In this document: piece by piece, positions 17,975 through 28,222 of the stretch
Layout: every line of letters begins with the position of its first letter
Position numbering within the stretch: position 1 is the first letter of the stretch
NCBI GenBank assembly: GCA_964428315.1
Contig: CAYRXT010000010.1
Span: 3,523 to 67,522 of the forward strand
DNA from: an uncultured Planctomycetales bacterium
GTDB lineage: Bacteria; Omnitrophota; Gorgyraeia; Zapsychrales; CAYRXT01
Length of the DNA stretch: 64,000 bases
Direction of reading: 5' to 3'
Position numbers and translations under genes: made by a program
Notes under the pieces: generated by a model
Told to the model about the DNA's origin: nothing
The model's input: the letters and a program-made list of their open reading frames with translations, nothing else
The model's database searches: none

Positions 17975-19885
17975 ATGAGCTTCCGTCAAACCATCCAGCG
18001 CGTCCTCCATCAAGACTGGTTTTACGCCGTCATCCTGTCCGTCGTTTCGCTGCTTTTGCGCGGCTATAAATACGGCTGGTATGACCAGCACCTGGAAATC
18101 CCTCTCCTGAAGAGCCTGATCGATCCCTCTCTCTACGCCGGCGATTATTATATCGAAAGCCTCAAGGTCAATTTCACCTCGTTTTTCTATCCGATCCTCG
18201 CGCGGCTGATCCGGGTGGAGGACATCCCCGGCGTCTTTCTGACGCTGTTCATCGCCTGCCGTTATGTCCAGTTTTTCTTTATGTATAAGATCTGGCGGCA
18301 CCTCACCGGCGACAGGCTGGTCGCCTGGCTGGCGGTCTTTATCCCGACGATGTTCGGTTTCGTCCCCGAATTCATGTACAGCGTCTTTTCGCACCAGGAA
18401 TTCACCATGCCTTTTGTGTTCGGCGGGCTTTATCTTTTTTACCGGCGCAGGCATCTTTGGGCCGCCGCCGTCCTGGGGCTGGGGAGCAACTTCCACGCCC
18501 TTTACTGCCTCTTTCCGCTAATCTACATGCTGACGTATCTGCTCGCGACCTTCCGCGGGAACGGCTGGAAAAAATTGCTCGGGAGCGCCGGGGTCTACGG
18601 CCTGTGCGCCCTGCCCTTTATCCTGTGGAGCTTCAGCCGGCGGCTCCTCCCGGCGGCCGACATACCACCCGCCCTCCAGGAACAATGGCAGACGATCTAT
18701 CAGCTGACGGCGCCCCAGAACTACATCTTTGAAGGCTATCCCGTCAGCCACCTGTTTTCCCATTTCCTCGGCTGGGTGTTCATGGCCCGGAAGTATCTTC
18801 TGGCCATCGTCCTGTTCACCTTCAATATCTGGCATAATCCGCCCTTCCGCAAGGACCGCCAGACGCAGGCGGCATGCGCGGCGGCCTTCGGGCTGTTGTT
18901 TATCAGCTACGCCTTCACCTACTGGTGGCCCTCGCGTCTTGTTCTCGACCTGAATCTTATCCGCAACGTCCAGTTCCTGCTCTTTTTTCTCATGGGATAC
19001 ACCATCTGGGCGATTGTGCGCCTCATGGACGAACAGCCCGTCTCCCGGGCCGCCCTGACCGGCATGGTATTCAGCTTCATCGCTTTTGATGAAATCATCG
19101 TTGCGCTCATGACATTCTTCTTTATGAGTTATTGTATTTTCCGGCGTGTGAACAGTGCCGGGTCTTCCGCTCCCCGCGCTGTCCGGTCCGGGACGCGTTT
19201 CTTAGTCTTTGGATCATTCATGCTTCTGGCCGTCGCGGTCTGGAACTTCCAGCAGCGGGGTTATCTTCTGCTCGCCATCTACGTCGTGGTCTTTTCGCTC
19301 CTGGCCGTCTGGATAAAGAAAAGGGGGGCGCCCATTCGGGGCGTGAATCCCAACCGGCTTTTCATCACCGCCTTCATCATTATCAGCAGCGGCTTTGCCG
19401 CTTACTACTACGCCCGGAACTTCCGGGAAGAGCGGCACGCCGAGGAGGGATTCTGGAAGATCCAGCGCGACTGGGTCGACATGCAAAAACACGTTAAAGC
19501 GAACACTCCCAAAGACGCGATATTGCTGGTGCCTTACGACATGGAGATGGGGGGGTTCCGCATCTTTTCCGAACGCAAGGTCGTTGTCTCCTACCGCGAC
19601 TGCGGTATAGTCGGTTTTGATTTTCCCCTGGTCCGGGAATGGCTGAGGCGGATCCAGGACATCGAGGCCTTCCGCGTCCGCCTGAGTCCGGGCGCCAACC
19701 TCAAGCAGGCCTTGTTCCGCGGTCTTTTTAAATACAACGCGGATTATATCGTTTTCATGAACTATTATAAACCGATTATCCGTTCCGAAGAGACCCTGGA
19801 AGAGACCTACGACAACGACAGTTTTTCGCTCTATAAGGTCAACCGCACGCGCCTGCCCGCCTTTGAGGAATACCGAAGGGAATAA
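17975..19885 (+). CDS. Polytopic membrane protein, possible GT-C-fold glycosyltransferase
   Basis: More than 10 TM helices, acidic first loop (DQHLE..DPSLYAGDY), soluble C-terminal domain; follows a GT2. Confidence 0.6.
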   Translation: MSFRQTIQRVLHQDWFYAVILSVVSLLLRGYKYGWYDQHLEIPLLKSLIDPSLYAGDYYIESLKVNFTSFFYPILARLIRVEDIPGVFLTLFIACRYVQFFFMYKIWRHLTGDRLVAWLAVFIPTMFGFVPEFMYSVFSHQEFTMPFVFGGLYLFYRRRHLWAAAVLGLGSNFHALYCLFPLIYMLTYLLATFRGNGWKKLLGSAGVYGLCALPFILWSFSRRLLPAADIPPALQEQWQTIYQLTAPQNYIFEGYPVSHLFSHFLGWVFMARKYLLAIVLFTFNIWHNPPFRKDRQTQAACAAAFGLLFISYAFTYWWPSRLVLDLNLIRNVQFLLFFLMGYTIWAIVRLMDEQPVSRAALTGMVFSFIAFDEIIVALMTFFFMSYCIFRRVNSAGSSAPRAVRSGTRFLVFGSFMLLAVAVWNFQQRGYLLLAIYVVVFSLLAVWIKKRGAPIRGVNPNRLFITAFIIISSGFAAYYYARNFREERHAEEGFWKIQRDWVDMQKHVKANTPKDAILLVPYDMEMGGFRIFSERKVVVSYRDCGIVGFDFPLVREWLRRIQDIEAFRVRLSPGANLKQALFRGLFKYNADYIVFMNYYKPIIRSEETLEETYDNDSFSLYKVNRTRLPAFEEYRRE

Positions 19886-19925
19886 CACCGGCGGAGAATT
19901 CCGGCGGGAGAAGTCCATTTTTCAC

Positions 19926-19953
19926 TTGAAAGCCCTTCCTAATCATATATAAT
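19926..19953 (+). promoter_or_regulatory. sigma70-like promoter of gpsA
   Basis: TTGAAA-16 bp-TATAAT. Confidence 0.55.
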
Positions 19954-20026
19954 ATTCCCATCCAATTGAAATTAATGAACTTTCAAAAGAGTTGATGAAT
20001 GGGGTGTTCTTTTTCCGTGATTTTTC

Positions 20027-21028
20027 ATGAAGAGACCTGACAAACACATCGCCGTCATCGGTGACGGGGGATGGGGGACGACTTTGGCCATCCACTGTCA
20101 AAGAAAAGGATTCCCTGTCACTCTTTGGGGACCGTTCACGGAGTATGTTCGCTTTTTGAAAAAAACGAGGACGAACAAAAAATTTCTTCCCGGGGTGAAA
20201 ATCCCCCGGGCCGTCAGGATCACGGACAATCTCGGCGAAGCGGTGGAAGCCAACGATCTGATCATTCTGGCCATACCCTCAAAATATGTTAAAGGGGTCA
20301 TAAACAGGTTAAAGAAGTTCGATCTCTCTCAAAAAATTTTTTTAAGCGTCGCAAAGGGGATTGAGCCGACAACCCTGGAGAGGGTATCCCAGATCATGCG
20401 GCGTGAACTGAAAGGCGTCCAGCCGGCCGTGCTCTCGGGCCCCACGATCGCCGGCGAAGTTGTACGCGGTGTTCCTTCGTCCGCCGTCGTGGCCTGCCCG
20501 AAACTCCGGACGGCCCAAGCCCTCCAGAGGGTCCTCAACACCGAGACCTTCCGGATCTACACCAATACCGATATGGCGGGCGTCGAAATAGGGGGGAGCG
20601 CGAAAAACGTCATCGCCATCGCGTGCGGTCTGTGCGACGGCCTGGGCTACGGCAGCAACACCAAAGCGGCCCTGTTAACGCGCGGGCTGGCAGAGATCGC
20701 CCGCCTGGGAGTCGCCATGGGCGGCAAGGCCAGGACCTTCGCGGGGTTAAGCGGTCTGGGGGACCTGGTGACGACGTGTTTCAGCCCGCACAGCCGCAAC
20801 AGGACTGTCGGAGAGAAACTTGCCAGGGGCCGGAAGATCGGGGCCATTATCTCCGGCATGGATATGGTGGCCGAGGGCGTGACGACCGTCAAGGCCCTGA
20901 ACCGTCTGAGAAAAAAACACAATGTGTCTATGCCTATCACGCATGAGGTATATAATATTATTTACCGGGACAAGGCCCCCCGTAAGGCGGTCAGGCACCT
21001 TATGAACAGGAAACTGAAAAGCGAATGA
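20027..21028 (+). CDS. gpsA: NAD(P)H-dependent glycerol-3-phosphate dehydrogenase
   Basis: GDGGWGT, LSGPT, KNVIAIACG, GLGDLVTTC, SRNR, AEGV. Confidence 0.97.
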   Translation: MKRPDKHIAVIGDGGWGTTLAIHCQRKGFPVTLWGPFTEYVRFLKKTRTNKKFLPGVKIPRAVRITDNLGEAVEANDLIILAIPSKYVKGVINRLKKFDLSQKIFLSVAKGIEPTTLERVSQIMRRELKGVQPAVLSGPTIAGEVVRGVPSSAVVACPKLRTAQALQRVLNTETFRIYTNTDMAGVEIGGSAKNVIAIACGLCDGLGYGSNTKAALLTRGLAEIARLGVAMGGKARTFAGLSGLGDLVTTCFSPHSRNRTVGEKLARGRKIGAIISGMDMVAEGVTTVKALNRLRKKHNVSMPITHEVYNIIYRDKAPRKAVRHLMNRKLKSE

Positions 21029-21032
21029 ATCG

Positions 21033-21073
21033 TCGGAGCGTAGCGCAGTTTGGCTAGCGCACTTGAATGGGGT
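21033..21073 (+). repeat. attL: 41-bp direct repeat containing the 5' half of tRNA-Pro (truncated tRNA)
   Basis: TCGGAGCGTAGCGCAGTTTGGCTAGCGCACTTGAATGGGGT is identical to 23497-23537 and ends at the anticodon loop. Confidence 0.95.
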
Positions 21074-21449
21074 GCTGATCTTAGGCATTTTTCCAGCCAA
21101 TTCCCATCACGCCATTTATCACATTTTTCGTCGAGAAACGTCGCTTTTTCGTTTTAACCAGCCTTAACAAATTTTAACCAATTGGGACCAATTTGGGACA
21201 CTTTTTGGACACCCTGCTGAATGGATAATTACCTCATCCACCCCGATTGAACTTGCGCAGCCTCATCGCAACATTCGCGACGTTTCGATAAATTCTCGGA
21301 AGATTTTTTAATGAATAAGGTATTTGTCGAAACGTATGGGTGCGAGATGGACGCGAAAAAGGACGGCAATGCGTAATATTGCTAAGGCCTTGACAAAACA
21401 CGATATATTGGTGATTTTTGAGAAAATTGAGGCATAAAATCAAGTAATC

Positions 21450-22063
21450 ATGTTCAAAATATTACTTCGAATATTAATTTTTTTTCTTATCTTTGTCACC
21501 TCCAATTTAACTATATTTTTTAGTAAATTTCTTGTTTATGAATTTGGAAGGCTCTTTACACAGAACGAATTTACCCTAAAAATAACGACAATATTTATTC
21601 TACGGCCAATGTCATTATAGCCCATGATTCTGAATGCATTTTCCCGAATGCCTATAAATCAGAAGAGAATGAACTTGTAGCCAAAACTTATTATTGGCAG
21701 GATATTCAAAGTAAAATAAGCTATTTCAACGAACATGGTTGTGAATATTCATTTGACATCTTTTCTGATAAGGACAGAATTAAGAATAACGATCGGTTAG
21801 ATAGCGTTAAATCCATTATTGATGGGAAAAAATATGTAACCTTAGAATTCTGGGATTCAGGTCCCAGGGCGTGGTTTACCAGAACACATTATCTTATTAA
21901 AAACAGAGAGGAAGTTGAGCTTCAATATTTTGACTCTTTTGATGCGAATAACCTGGTGTTTTTTTTCATTGCTCCTTTCATGTTTATTGGTTTCATCGGA
22001 AGTATTTGGATAAGTTTTAATGTACAAAGAAAAGTTATTAACCATTTATTCAAAAATAAATAA
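21450..22063 (+). pseudogene. Frameshifted ~200-aa membrane protein gene (N- and C-terminal TM)
   Basis: MFKILLRILIFFLIF... from 21450; a -1 frame opens at 21542 (WKALYTERIYPK...FFFIAPFMFIGFIGSIW...KNK*) and runs to 22063; one extra T at GAATTTGG would join them. Confidence 0.65.
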
Positions 22064-22125
22064 TGTTTTGGATCATTAGCAATAGAATGGTAATCAAACT
22101 ATTTTTTTTAATAAGGGGTATCCGC

Positions 22126-22154
22126 TTGACTCCAGTTACCACAAGATGTAGTAT
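22126..22154 (+). promoter_or_regulatory. sigma70-like promoter inside the islet
   Basis: TTGACT-17 bp-TAGTAT. Confidence 0.6.
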
Positions 22155-22209
22155 ATCGGAGTTATGAATGAATACCCTAAAACGATCCTTGAGTCATAAA
22201 AAGTGATAA

Positions 22210-22491
22210 AAGAAAAAAGAACTCAATAAGTTAATCTCAGGGTATAAAAGCCTTGCCATTACTGACGACGCAAGAGCATTGGCGGAATATTATATCAACC
22301 ATGGCCTCATTCCAGAAAGACACATCGCCGATGCCTTGCATCTGGCCATTGCTACGATTAACGGAATGGATATTGTGATCATCTGGAATTATACGCACTT
22401 GGTGAAATTGTAGACGAGACATCTGGTTAACGCTTTGAATTTGGTCAGCGGATATAGCGAAATTGAGATCATTTTACCCATCGAGTACTAA
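22210..22491 (+). pseudogene. PIN-domain (VapC-like) toxin remnant
   Basis: ...LAEYYINHGLIPERHIADALHLAIATINGMDIVIIWNYTHLVKL*TRHLVNALNLVSGYSEIEIILPIEY*; N-terminus missing, in-frame TAG at 22411. Confidence 0.8.
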
Positions 22492-22503
22492 GGAGGCCCC
22501 AAA

Positions 22504-22695
22504 ATGAAAGAACCTGCTTTTCTCAAAGAAATTCATGAGCACCATTTAAGAGAATATAAAAATATTAAGAATAAGTCTCTCAAAAAACGATTAAAATCGA
22601 TCCAGCAGAAAGCGAATATGATGAAGAAGTCTGCAACCGTATCGCGTGGTTCGCCAAATGGATTTTCCGAAAACACAAAAATGGAATATAGCTAA
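22504..22695 (+). CDS. Small basic protein, possible partner of the PIN gene
   Basis: GGAGG RBS right after the PIN stop; MKEPAFLKEIHE N-terminus. Confidence 0.55.
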   Translation: MKEPAFLKEIHEHHLREYKNIKNKSLKKRLKSIQQKANMMKKSATVSRGSPNGFSENTKMEYS

Positions 22696-23022
22696 ATGAC
22701 CAAAACCATGGAAACCCGTCAATTTATTAAACGGGCCGCTGAACAAATCGGGAAAAAGTTTCATCCCAAGAAGATTATTTTATTCGGCTCCTATGCGAAT
22801 GGGCATCCCAATAAAGACAGCGATATCGACCTGTTGGTGGTGTTCAAGGACAAACAACCGGCTGCAAGAAGGTATGCCCAGATTTGCCGGGAGTTAGAAC
22901 CCATGATACGGCCTGTCGATGTGTTGGTCCGTTCAACCAAGGATATACAATATCGGTTGAAGATAGGCGACCCGTTTATTGAAGAGATCATTCATACAGG
23001 TAAGGTCCTGTATGAAAATTAA
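22696..23022 (+). CDS. Minimal nucleotidyltransferase (MNT) antitoxin-like protein
   Basis: LFGSYANGHPNKDSDIDLLV (GSx10DxD), ending GKVLYE. Confidence 0.9.
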   Translation: MTKTMETRQFIKRAAEQIGKKFHPKKIILFGSYANGHPNKDSDIDLLVVFKDKQPAARRYAQICRELEPMIRPVDVLVRSTKDIQYRLKIGDPFIEEIIHTGKVLYEN

Positions 23023-23392
23023 GTATATTCAAGAATGGATAGCTAAAGCGGAACAGGACTACCAGACTATTCTTATTTTATCCCGTCAACGGAAGAAAAT
23101 TTTACCGGACATTATGTGTTATCATGCGCACCAATGTGTCGAGAAATATCTAAAAGGATTGTTGGCAAAGCATACCGGAAAAGTTCCTAAAACGCACAAT
23201 CTGATTTTCCTGGCGGATGAATTAATAAGTTGTGAACCGGAATTAGAATCAACCAAGGACATCCTGAGAAATCTTAACCGATATGCCGTCGAACTTCGTT
23301 ATCCCGGAGAGTCCGCCACAAAACAAGAAGCAAAAAGTGCGGTCAAGCAAATAAAGCAAATTCGAAAGATTCTCAGATCAAAATTGTCCTAG
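23012..23392 (+). CDS. HEPN domain protein
   Basis: WIAKAEQD, CYHAHQCVEKYLKG, KTHNL, YAVELRYP; overlaps the MNT gene. Confidence 0.9.
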   Translation: MKIKYIQEWIAKAEQDYQTILILSRQRKKILPDIMCYHAHQCVEKYLKGLLAKHTGKVPKTHNLIFLADELISCEPELESTKDILRNLNRYAVELRYPGESATKQEAKSAVKQIKQIRKILRSKLS

Positions 23393-23497
23393 ACAACAAA
23401 ATAATATGGACACTTTTTGTACCCTTGACCCAAAACAGGACATGGCCGGAGAATCGCAGCATTTGCAAGTTATTGAAAAGGATAAACATAGATTAAT

Positions 23498-23575
23498 CGG
23501 AGCGTAGCGCAGTTTGGCTAGCGCACTTGAATGGGGTTCAAGAGGTCGTGAGTTCGAATCTCACCGCTCCGACCA
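23498..23575 (+). tRNA. tRNA-Pro(GGG), reconstituted at attR
   Basis: CGGAGCG/CGCTCCG acceptor, CTTGA-ATGGGGT-TCAAG, GTTCGAATC, encoded CCA. Confidence 0.96.
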
Positions 23576-23597
23576 TTCCAAAAAAGGACAGGGAACG

Positions 23598-23963
23598 ATG
23601 GACGAATGGACAAATGAAGAGCGCCGGCGGTATCAGAGGATCGAAAAACACTTCATCATTTCTTACTATGAACAGTCCGATCCTGAAAAAAAACACCACA
23701 TCTCCCAGATCAAAAATATCTCTCTGGGGGGCATGTGTTTTGTCGCGACCCGTTCTTTCGAGAAAATGAGCAAAATCAGTATCGAGCTCAAGACGCCCTA
23801 CCTGGACGACACGGTGCACCTGGAAGGGGTTGTCCTGAATTCCATCGAAAAAATCCCCAATCTGTTTTTTGAGATCCACATGGCCTTCGAGAAGCCCTCG
23901 CCGGAGGCCCGCATGATACTTGAGAAGACGATCTCTTATTTTAAAAACAATCCCCAAAAATAG
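23598..23963 (+). CDS. PilZ domain protein (c-di-GMP receptor)
   Basis: RRYQR (RxxxR) and NISLGG ([DN]xSxxG) motifs. Confidence 0.85.
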   Translation: MDEWTNEERRRYQRIEKHFIISYYEQSDPEKKHHISQIKNISLGGMCFVATRSFEKMSKISIELKTPYLDDTVHLEGVVLNSIEKIPNLFFEIHMAFEKPSPEARMILEKTISYFKNNPQK

Positions 23964-23990
23964 CGCGCGGCAGACAGGAGTCCTGATGTC

Positions 23991-25289
23991 ATGAAAAAAT
24001 GCACTATCGGCCTCATCGGTTACGGCACCGTGGGAACCGGTGTGGTCAAAATACTGCGCGGACAACAACAGGCGTTCCGTAAACACTACGGCGTTGACTT
24101 CCAGATCAAAAAGATCTGTGACAAGGATTTCAAGGGCAAGGACCTGAAAGGCGTCTCTCGGGACATCCTGACCTCCCGCATCCAGGATGTGACCGGAGCC
24201 GAAGACATCGATGTGGTCGTCGAACTGATCGGCGGCCGGCATCCGGCGGGGTCGATCGTGATCGAGTCCTTCCGGAACGGAAAGGACGTGGTCTCGGCCA
24301 ACAAAGAGCTTATTGCCCATGAAGGCCGGGGCCTTTTCCAGGAGGCCCTGAAGCGCAACAGGAAGTTCTATTTCGAATCGGCCGCCGGCGCCGGGGTCCC
24401 CATGATCAACATCCTGCAGGACGGTCTGGCCGGCGAAGACATCAACGGCATTTACGGCATTGTGAACGGGACCTGCAATTATATCCTCAGCGAAATGACC
24501 CGGCGGGACTACACCTTCAACCAGGCCCTTGCGGACGCCCAGGCCAAAGGGTTCGCGGAAAGAAACCCCGCGCTGGACATCAACGGCATGGATTCGGTCC
24601 ATAAACTGTCCATCCTGGTCCTTCTGGCGATGGGGCGTTTCGTACAGCCCGGAGACATCCACGCCGAGGGGATCACCCATATTTCGCATGACGATATCGA
24701 ATACGCCAGGGAAATGGATCTCGTGATCAAGCTCCTGGCCATTGCCAAAAAGGCCAACAACACGCTCGAAGTGCGGGTGCACCCGACCCTGATCGAAAAC
24801 GATCATCCACTGGCATCGGTGAACGGGGTGTTCAATGCCCTGTTCCTGGACACACAGCCCCTGGGCGACATCAGCCTCTACGGCCGGGGGGCCGGCCGGA
24901 TGCCGGCGGCCGCCGGCGTGGTGGCCGACCTGTTGAATCTTGCCGCCCGGCCGGGGTATCAGCCCGCCGAACGGATACTGCGGAGGGAAGGGGAGGGGAA
25001 AAGGCTGAAACTCCGGAAGATCGGACAGATCGCCACGCGCTACTACATCCGCTGCATGGTCCAGGACAAGCCGGGCGTCCTGGCCAGGATCACCGGGATA
25101 CTGGGCAGGCACGGCATCAGCATCGATTCGGTCTCCCAGAGAAGACGGCACAAAACGTCGGCCGTTCCCATCGTCATGTTATCGCACGAGGCCAAAGAAA
25201 GCAGGGTGCGCGAGGCCCTGGAAAAAATCCATCGTCTTTCCGTGGTCAAAAGCAAACCTGTCGCCATCCGGATGGAGGAACTGCCATGA
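23991..25289 (+). CDS. hom: Homoserine dehydrogenase with ACT domain
   Basis: [29 protein letters not shown]. Confidence 0.96.
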   Translation: MKKCTIGLIGYGTVGTGVVKILRGQQQAFRKHYGVDFQIKKICDKDFKGKDLKGVSRDILTSRIQDVTGAEDIDVVVELIGGRHPAGSIVIESFRNGKDVVSANKELIAHEGRGLFQEALKRNRKFYFESAAGAGVPMINILQDGLAGEDINGIYGIVNGTCNYILSEMTRRDYTFNQALADAQAKGFAERNPALDINGMDSVHKLSILVLLAMGRFVQPGDIHAEGITHISHDDIEYAREMDLVIKLLAIAKKANNTLEVRVHPTLIENDHPLASVNGVFNALFLDTQPLGDISLYGRGAGRMPAAAGVVADLLNLAARPGYQPAERILRREGEGKRLKLRKIGQIATRYYIRCMVQDKPGVLARITGILGRHGISIDSVSQRRRHKTSAVPIVMLSHEAKESRVREALEKIHRLSVVKSKPVAIRMEELP

Positions 25290-26341
25290 GCCGGCACGGG
25301 GTTATCCACCGCTACAAAGCCTTTCTTCCTGTGAGCGACGCTACCCCGGTCGTTTCTCTTCTTGAGGGCAACACACCGCTTATCCTGTCCCGTTATCTTT
25401 CGGAACGCATCGGGCTGGACGTGTATCTGAAATACGAGGGGCTGAACCCCACCGGATCCTTTAAGGACCGTGGCATGACCATGGCCATCTCCAAAGCCCT
25501 GGAAAAAGGGGCCACCGCCGTCATGTGCGCCTCGACGGGCAATACCTCGGCCTCGGCCGCGGCCTTCGCCGCCCGCAGCGGGCTCAAATGCATCGTCATT
25601 ATCCCCGAGGGGAATATCGCCCTGGGAAAACTGGCGCAGGCCATGATCCACAAGGCCCAGGTGATCGCCATCGAAGGCAATTTTGACGACGCCCTGAACC
25701 TGGTCCGGCAGATCACCGACGCCTATCCGATCGAACTGGTGAATTCACTCAATCCTTTCCGCATCGAGGGACAAAAAACGGCCGCCTTCGAGGTGTGTGA
25801 TTTTCTAGGCGACGCGCCTCACTTCCACGCCATCCCCGTCGGCAACGCCGGCAACATAACGGCCTACTGGAAAGGGTACAAGCAGTACCATGAGGCCCGG
25901 CACGCCACGCGCCTGCCGCGCATGCTCGGCTTTCAGGCCGCAGGCGCGGCTCCCATTGTCGAAAAAAAGGTGGTCCCCCGCCCGGAAACCATCGCCACGG
26001 CCATACGCATCGGCAATCCGGCCAGCTGGCGCAGCGCCGAAGAGGCCAGAGACCAGTCCGGGGGGCTGATCGATAAGGTCACCGACGATGAGATCATCGC
26101 GGCCTACAAGATCCTCGCCGGTGAAGAGGGCGTGTTCGCGGAGCCCGCTTCGGCCGCCTCGGTCGCCGGGATTTTGAAGCTCCATCAAGAAGGATTCTTT
26201 AAGGGACAGGACGGCATGGTCGTCTGCACCCTGACCGGACACGGGCTCAAGGATCCCAACATCGCCATAAAAAATGTCGCTGAACCCAAAGTCGTGAGAG
26301 CGGATCTCAAAACGGTCCTGAATGAAATCGGTTACGCGTAA
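25286..26341 (+). CDS. thrC: Threonine synthase
   Basis: [33 protein letters not shown]. Confidence 0.96.
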   Translation: MSRHGVIHRYKAFLPVSDATPVVSLLEGNTPLILSRYLSERIGLDVYLKYEGLNPTGSFKDRGMTMAISKALEKGATAVMCASTGNTSASAAAFAARSGLKCIVIIPEGNIALGKLAQAMIHKAQVIAIEGNFDDALNLVRQITDAYPIELVNSLNPFRIEGQKTAAFEVCDFLGDAPHFHAIPVGNAGNITAYWKGYKQYHEARHATRLPRMLGFQAAGAAPIVEKKVVPRPETIATAIRIGNPASWRSAEEARDQSGGLIDKVTDDEIIAAYKILAGEEGVFAEPASAASVAGILKLHQEGFFKGQDGMVVCTLTGHGLKDPNIAIKNVAEPKVVRADLKTVLNEIGYA

Positions 26342-27017
26342 GCCCCAAAAATCATCCTTGAAGGCAACCCCCCCCCTCAGATACAAGAGGATTCTCTTAA
26401 CTTGCGGCCCGACATGGGTGGCGCTCGATCCGTTCCGGGTCGTCAGCAACTGTTCGTCGGGCGAACTGGGATGGACGCTGGCCGGTCTCTTGAAGGACCG
26501 CGGCGCCGCAGTGACACTGCTCGCCGGACCGGGGTATCACCGGCCTTCACGCACGGACTTGGCAGTTAAGCGGTTTTTTTATTTCCGTGAACTGAAGGAC
26601 CTGTTGCATGTCGAACTGAAAAAGAAGTACCACGCCGTTATCCACGCGGCGGCGGTATCGGATTTCATTCCCGAAAAGGCCTCCCGGGTCAAAATCCCCA
26701 GCCGGAAGGCCGGGGTCGTCTTCAGAATGAAGCCGGCGCCGAAACTGATCGACGGCATCAAAAGGCAGAATCCCCGCGCGGTCCTTTTCGGTTTTAAATT
26801 GACGGACCGCTTAAAAAAACAAGAGGCCGCGGCCCTGGCCCGGGACCTCATAAAGCGGGCCCGCTGCGATTGGGTGGCCGTCAACGGTTTTTCAAGGGGC
26901 CGTTATGCCGGCTTCATCATCGACAGGAACGGATCGACAGTGGGAGAGGCCCGTAGCCGCCGTTCCATGGCCGTGGAGATCGTCCGCTGTCTGAGTGGGC
27001 ATTTTCTGAGGTCTTAA
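26322..27017 (+). CDS. Stand-alone phosphopantothenate-cysteine ligase (CoaB-like) domain
   Basis: LLTCGPT...[28 protein letters not shown]. Confidence 0.8.
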   Translation: MKSVTRKPQKSSLKATPPLRYKRILLTCGPTWVALDPFRVVSNCSSGELGWTLAGLLKDRGAAVTLLAGPGYHRPSRTDLAVKRFFYFRELKDLLHVELKKKYHAVIHAAAVSDFIPEKASRVKIPSRKAGVVFRMKPAPKLIDGIKRQNPRAVLFGFKLTDRLKKQEAAALARDLIKRARCDWVAVNGFSRGRYAGFIIDRNGSTVGEARSRRSMAVEIVRCLSGHFLRS

Positions 27018-27019
27018 CC

Positions 27020-28222
27020 ATGAAATATATCGTTATCGTTCCCGACGGCATGGCGGACTGGCCGGTCAAAGACATCGGCGGAAAAACGCCGCTGGAAGCC
27101 GCTCATACCACCAACATGGACTATATGGCCCAAAGAGGCACGGTCGGCTGTGTCCAGACCATACCCCGCGGCATGAAACCCGGTTCGGATATCGGCAACC
27201 TGGCGATTATGGGGTACGATCCCAGGACATGTTTTTCCGGCCGTGCGCCGCTGGAGGCCGCCAATCTGGGGATCGACATGGCAGAGGACGAGGTCGCCTT
27301 CCGTTGCAACCTGGTCACCGTGGAGAATAATACAATGGTGGATTACAGCGCGGGCCATATCAAGACGTCAGAGGCCGCCGAGATCATCGAGTCGCTCAAC
27401 GAAAAACTGCGGAGTGACACCATCCGCTTCCACGCGGGCAAAAGCTACCGTCACCTTCTGATCCTGAAGGCCAGAAATACCCGGACCATGGTCGGCATCA
27501 GGACTTGCGCGCCCCACGACATCATGGGGCAGGATATCAGGAAATATCTGCCGTCGGGTAAAAACGCCGAGATCCTCCAAAGGATCATGGAACAGGCCGC
27601 GAAGATACTTGAGGGGCATCCCGTCAACAATGTCCGTCTTGACCTCAAGGAGAACCCGGCCAGTCAAATCTGGTTATGGGGACAGGGGGTGAGGCCCGCC
27701 TTACCGCCTTTTGAGGAACGGTTCGGTATCAAAGGGGCCGTCATCTCCGCCGTGGACCTGGTCAACGGCATCGGGAAACTGGCCGGCCTGGATATTATCC
27801 GCGTCCCGGGCATCACCGGCTATTATGACACCAATTACAAAGGCAAGGCCTCCTACGCGCTCAGCGCCCTCAAGGATCATGATTTCGTCTTCATCCATAT
27901 CGAGGCCCCCGATGAAGCCGGCCACAACGGCGACTGGAAAAACAAGATAGCGGCCATCGAACACATCGACCGGGAGATCGTGGGGGAGGTGCTCAACCAT
28001 TTTAACGAACACGACGATTTCCGGGTGCTGATCCTTCCGGACCACGCCACGCCCGTCGAGAAACGCACCCACACCGACGAGCCTGTCTGTTTTCTGATGT
28101 TCGGAAAGCATATCCGTTCCGGGGGGGCGCCGGCGTTCACCGAGGCCGGCGCCAGGACAGCGGACATCCACTTTCACAGCGGAGAAGAACTGATGCGGTC
28201 CTTTCTCGGGAGGACCCCATGA
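27020..28222 (+). CDS. apgM: Cofactor-independent phosphoglycerate mutase family protein (ApgM; proposed homoserine kinase)
   Basis: PDGMAD, KTPLE, PGSD, GRAPLEA, EAPDEAGH, PDHATP. Confidence 0.9.
   Translation: MKYIVIVPDGMADWPVKDIGGKTPLEAAHTTNMDYMAQRGTVGCVQTIPRGMKPGSDIGNLAIMGYDPRTCFSGRAPLEAANLGIDMAEDEVAFRCNLVTVENNTMVDYSAGHIKTSEAAEIIESLNEKLRSDTIRFHAGKSYRHLLILKARNTRTMVGIRTCAPHDIMGQDIRKYLPSGKNAEILQRIMEQAAKILEGHPVNNVRLDLKENPASQIWLWGQGVRPALPPFEERFGIKGAVISAVDLVNGIGKLAGLDIIRVPGITGYYDTNYKGKASYALSALKDHDFVFIHIEAPDEAGHNGDWKNKIAAIEHIDREIVGEVLNHFNEHDDFRVLILPDHATPVEKRTHTDEPVCFLMFGKHIRSGGAPAFTEAGARTADIHFHSGEELMRSFLGRTP

Larger units (their letters stand above)
21033..23537. mobile_element. Small AT-rich genomic islet integrated in tRNA-Pro(GGG), no integrase
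   Basis: Flanking 41-bp direct repeats, sharp drop in GC, TA cargo and pseudogenes, GGACACTTTTTG near both ends (21196-21207, 23408-23419). Confidence 0.88.

Noticed and set aside
21033-23575. Split or intron-containing tRNA-Pro
   Set aside because: The downstream copy is a complete tRNA; the upstream piece is an exact duplicate consistent with an att site
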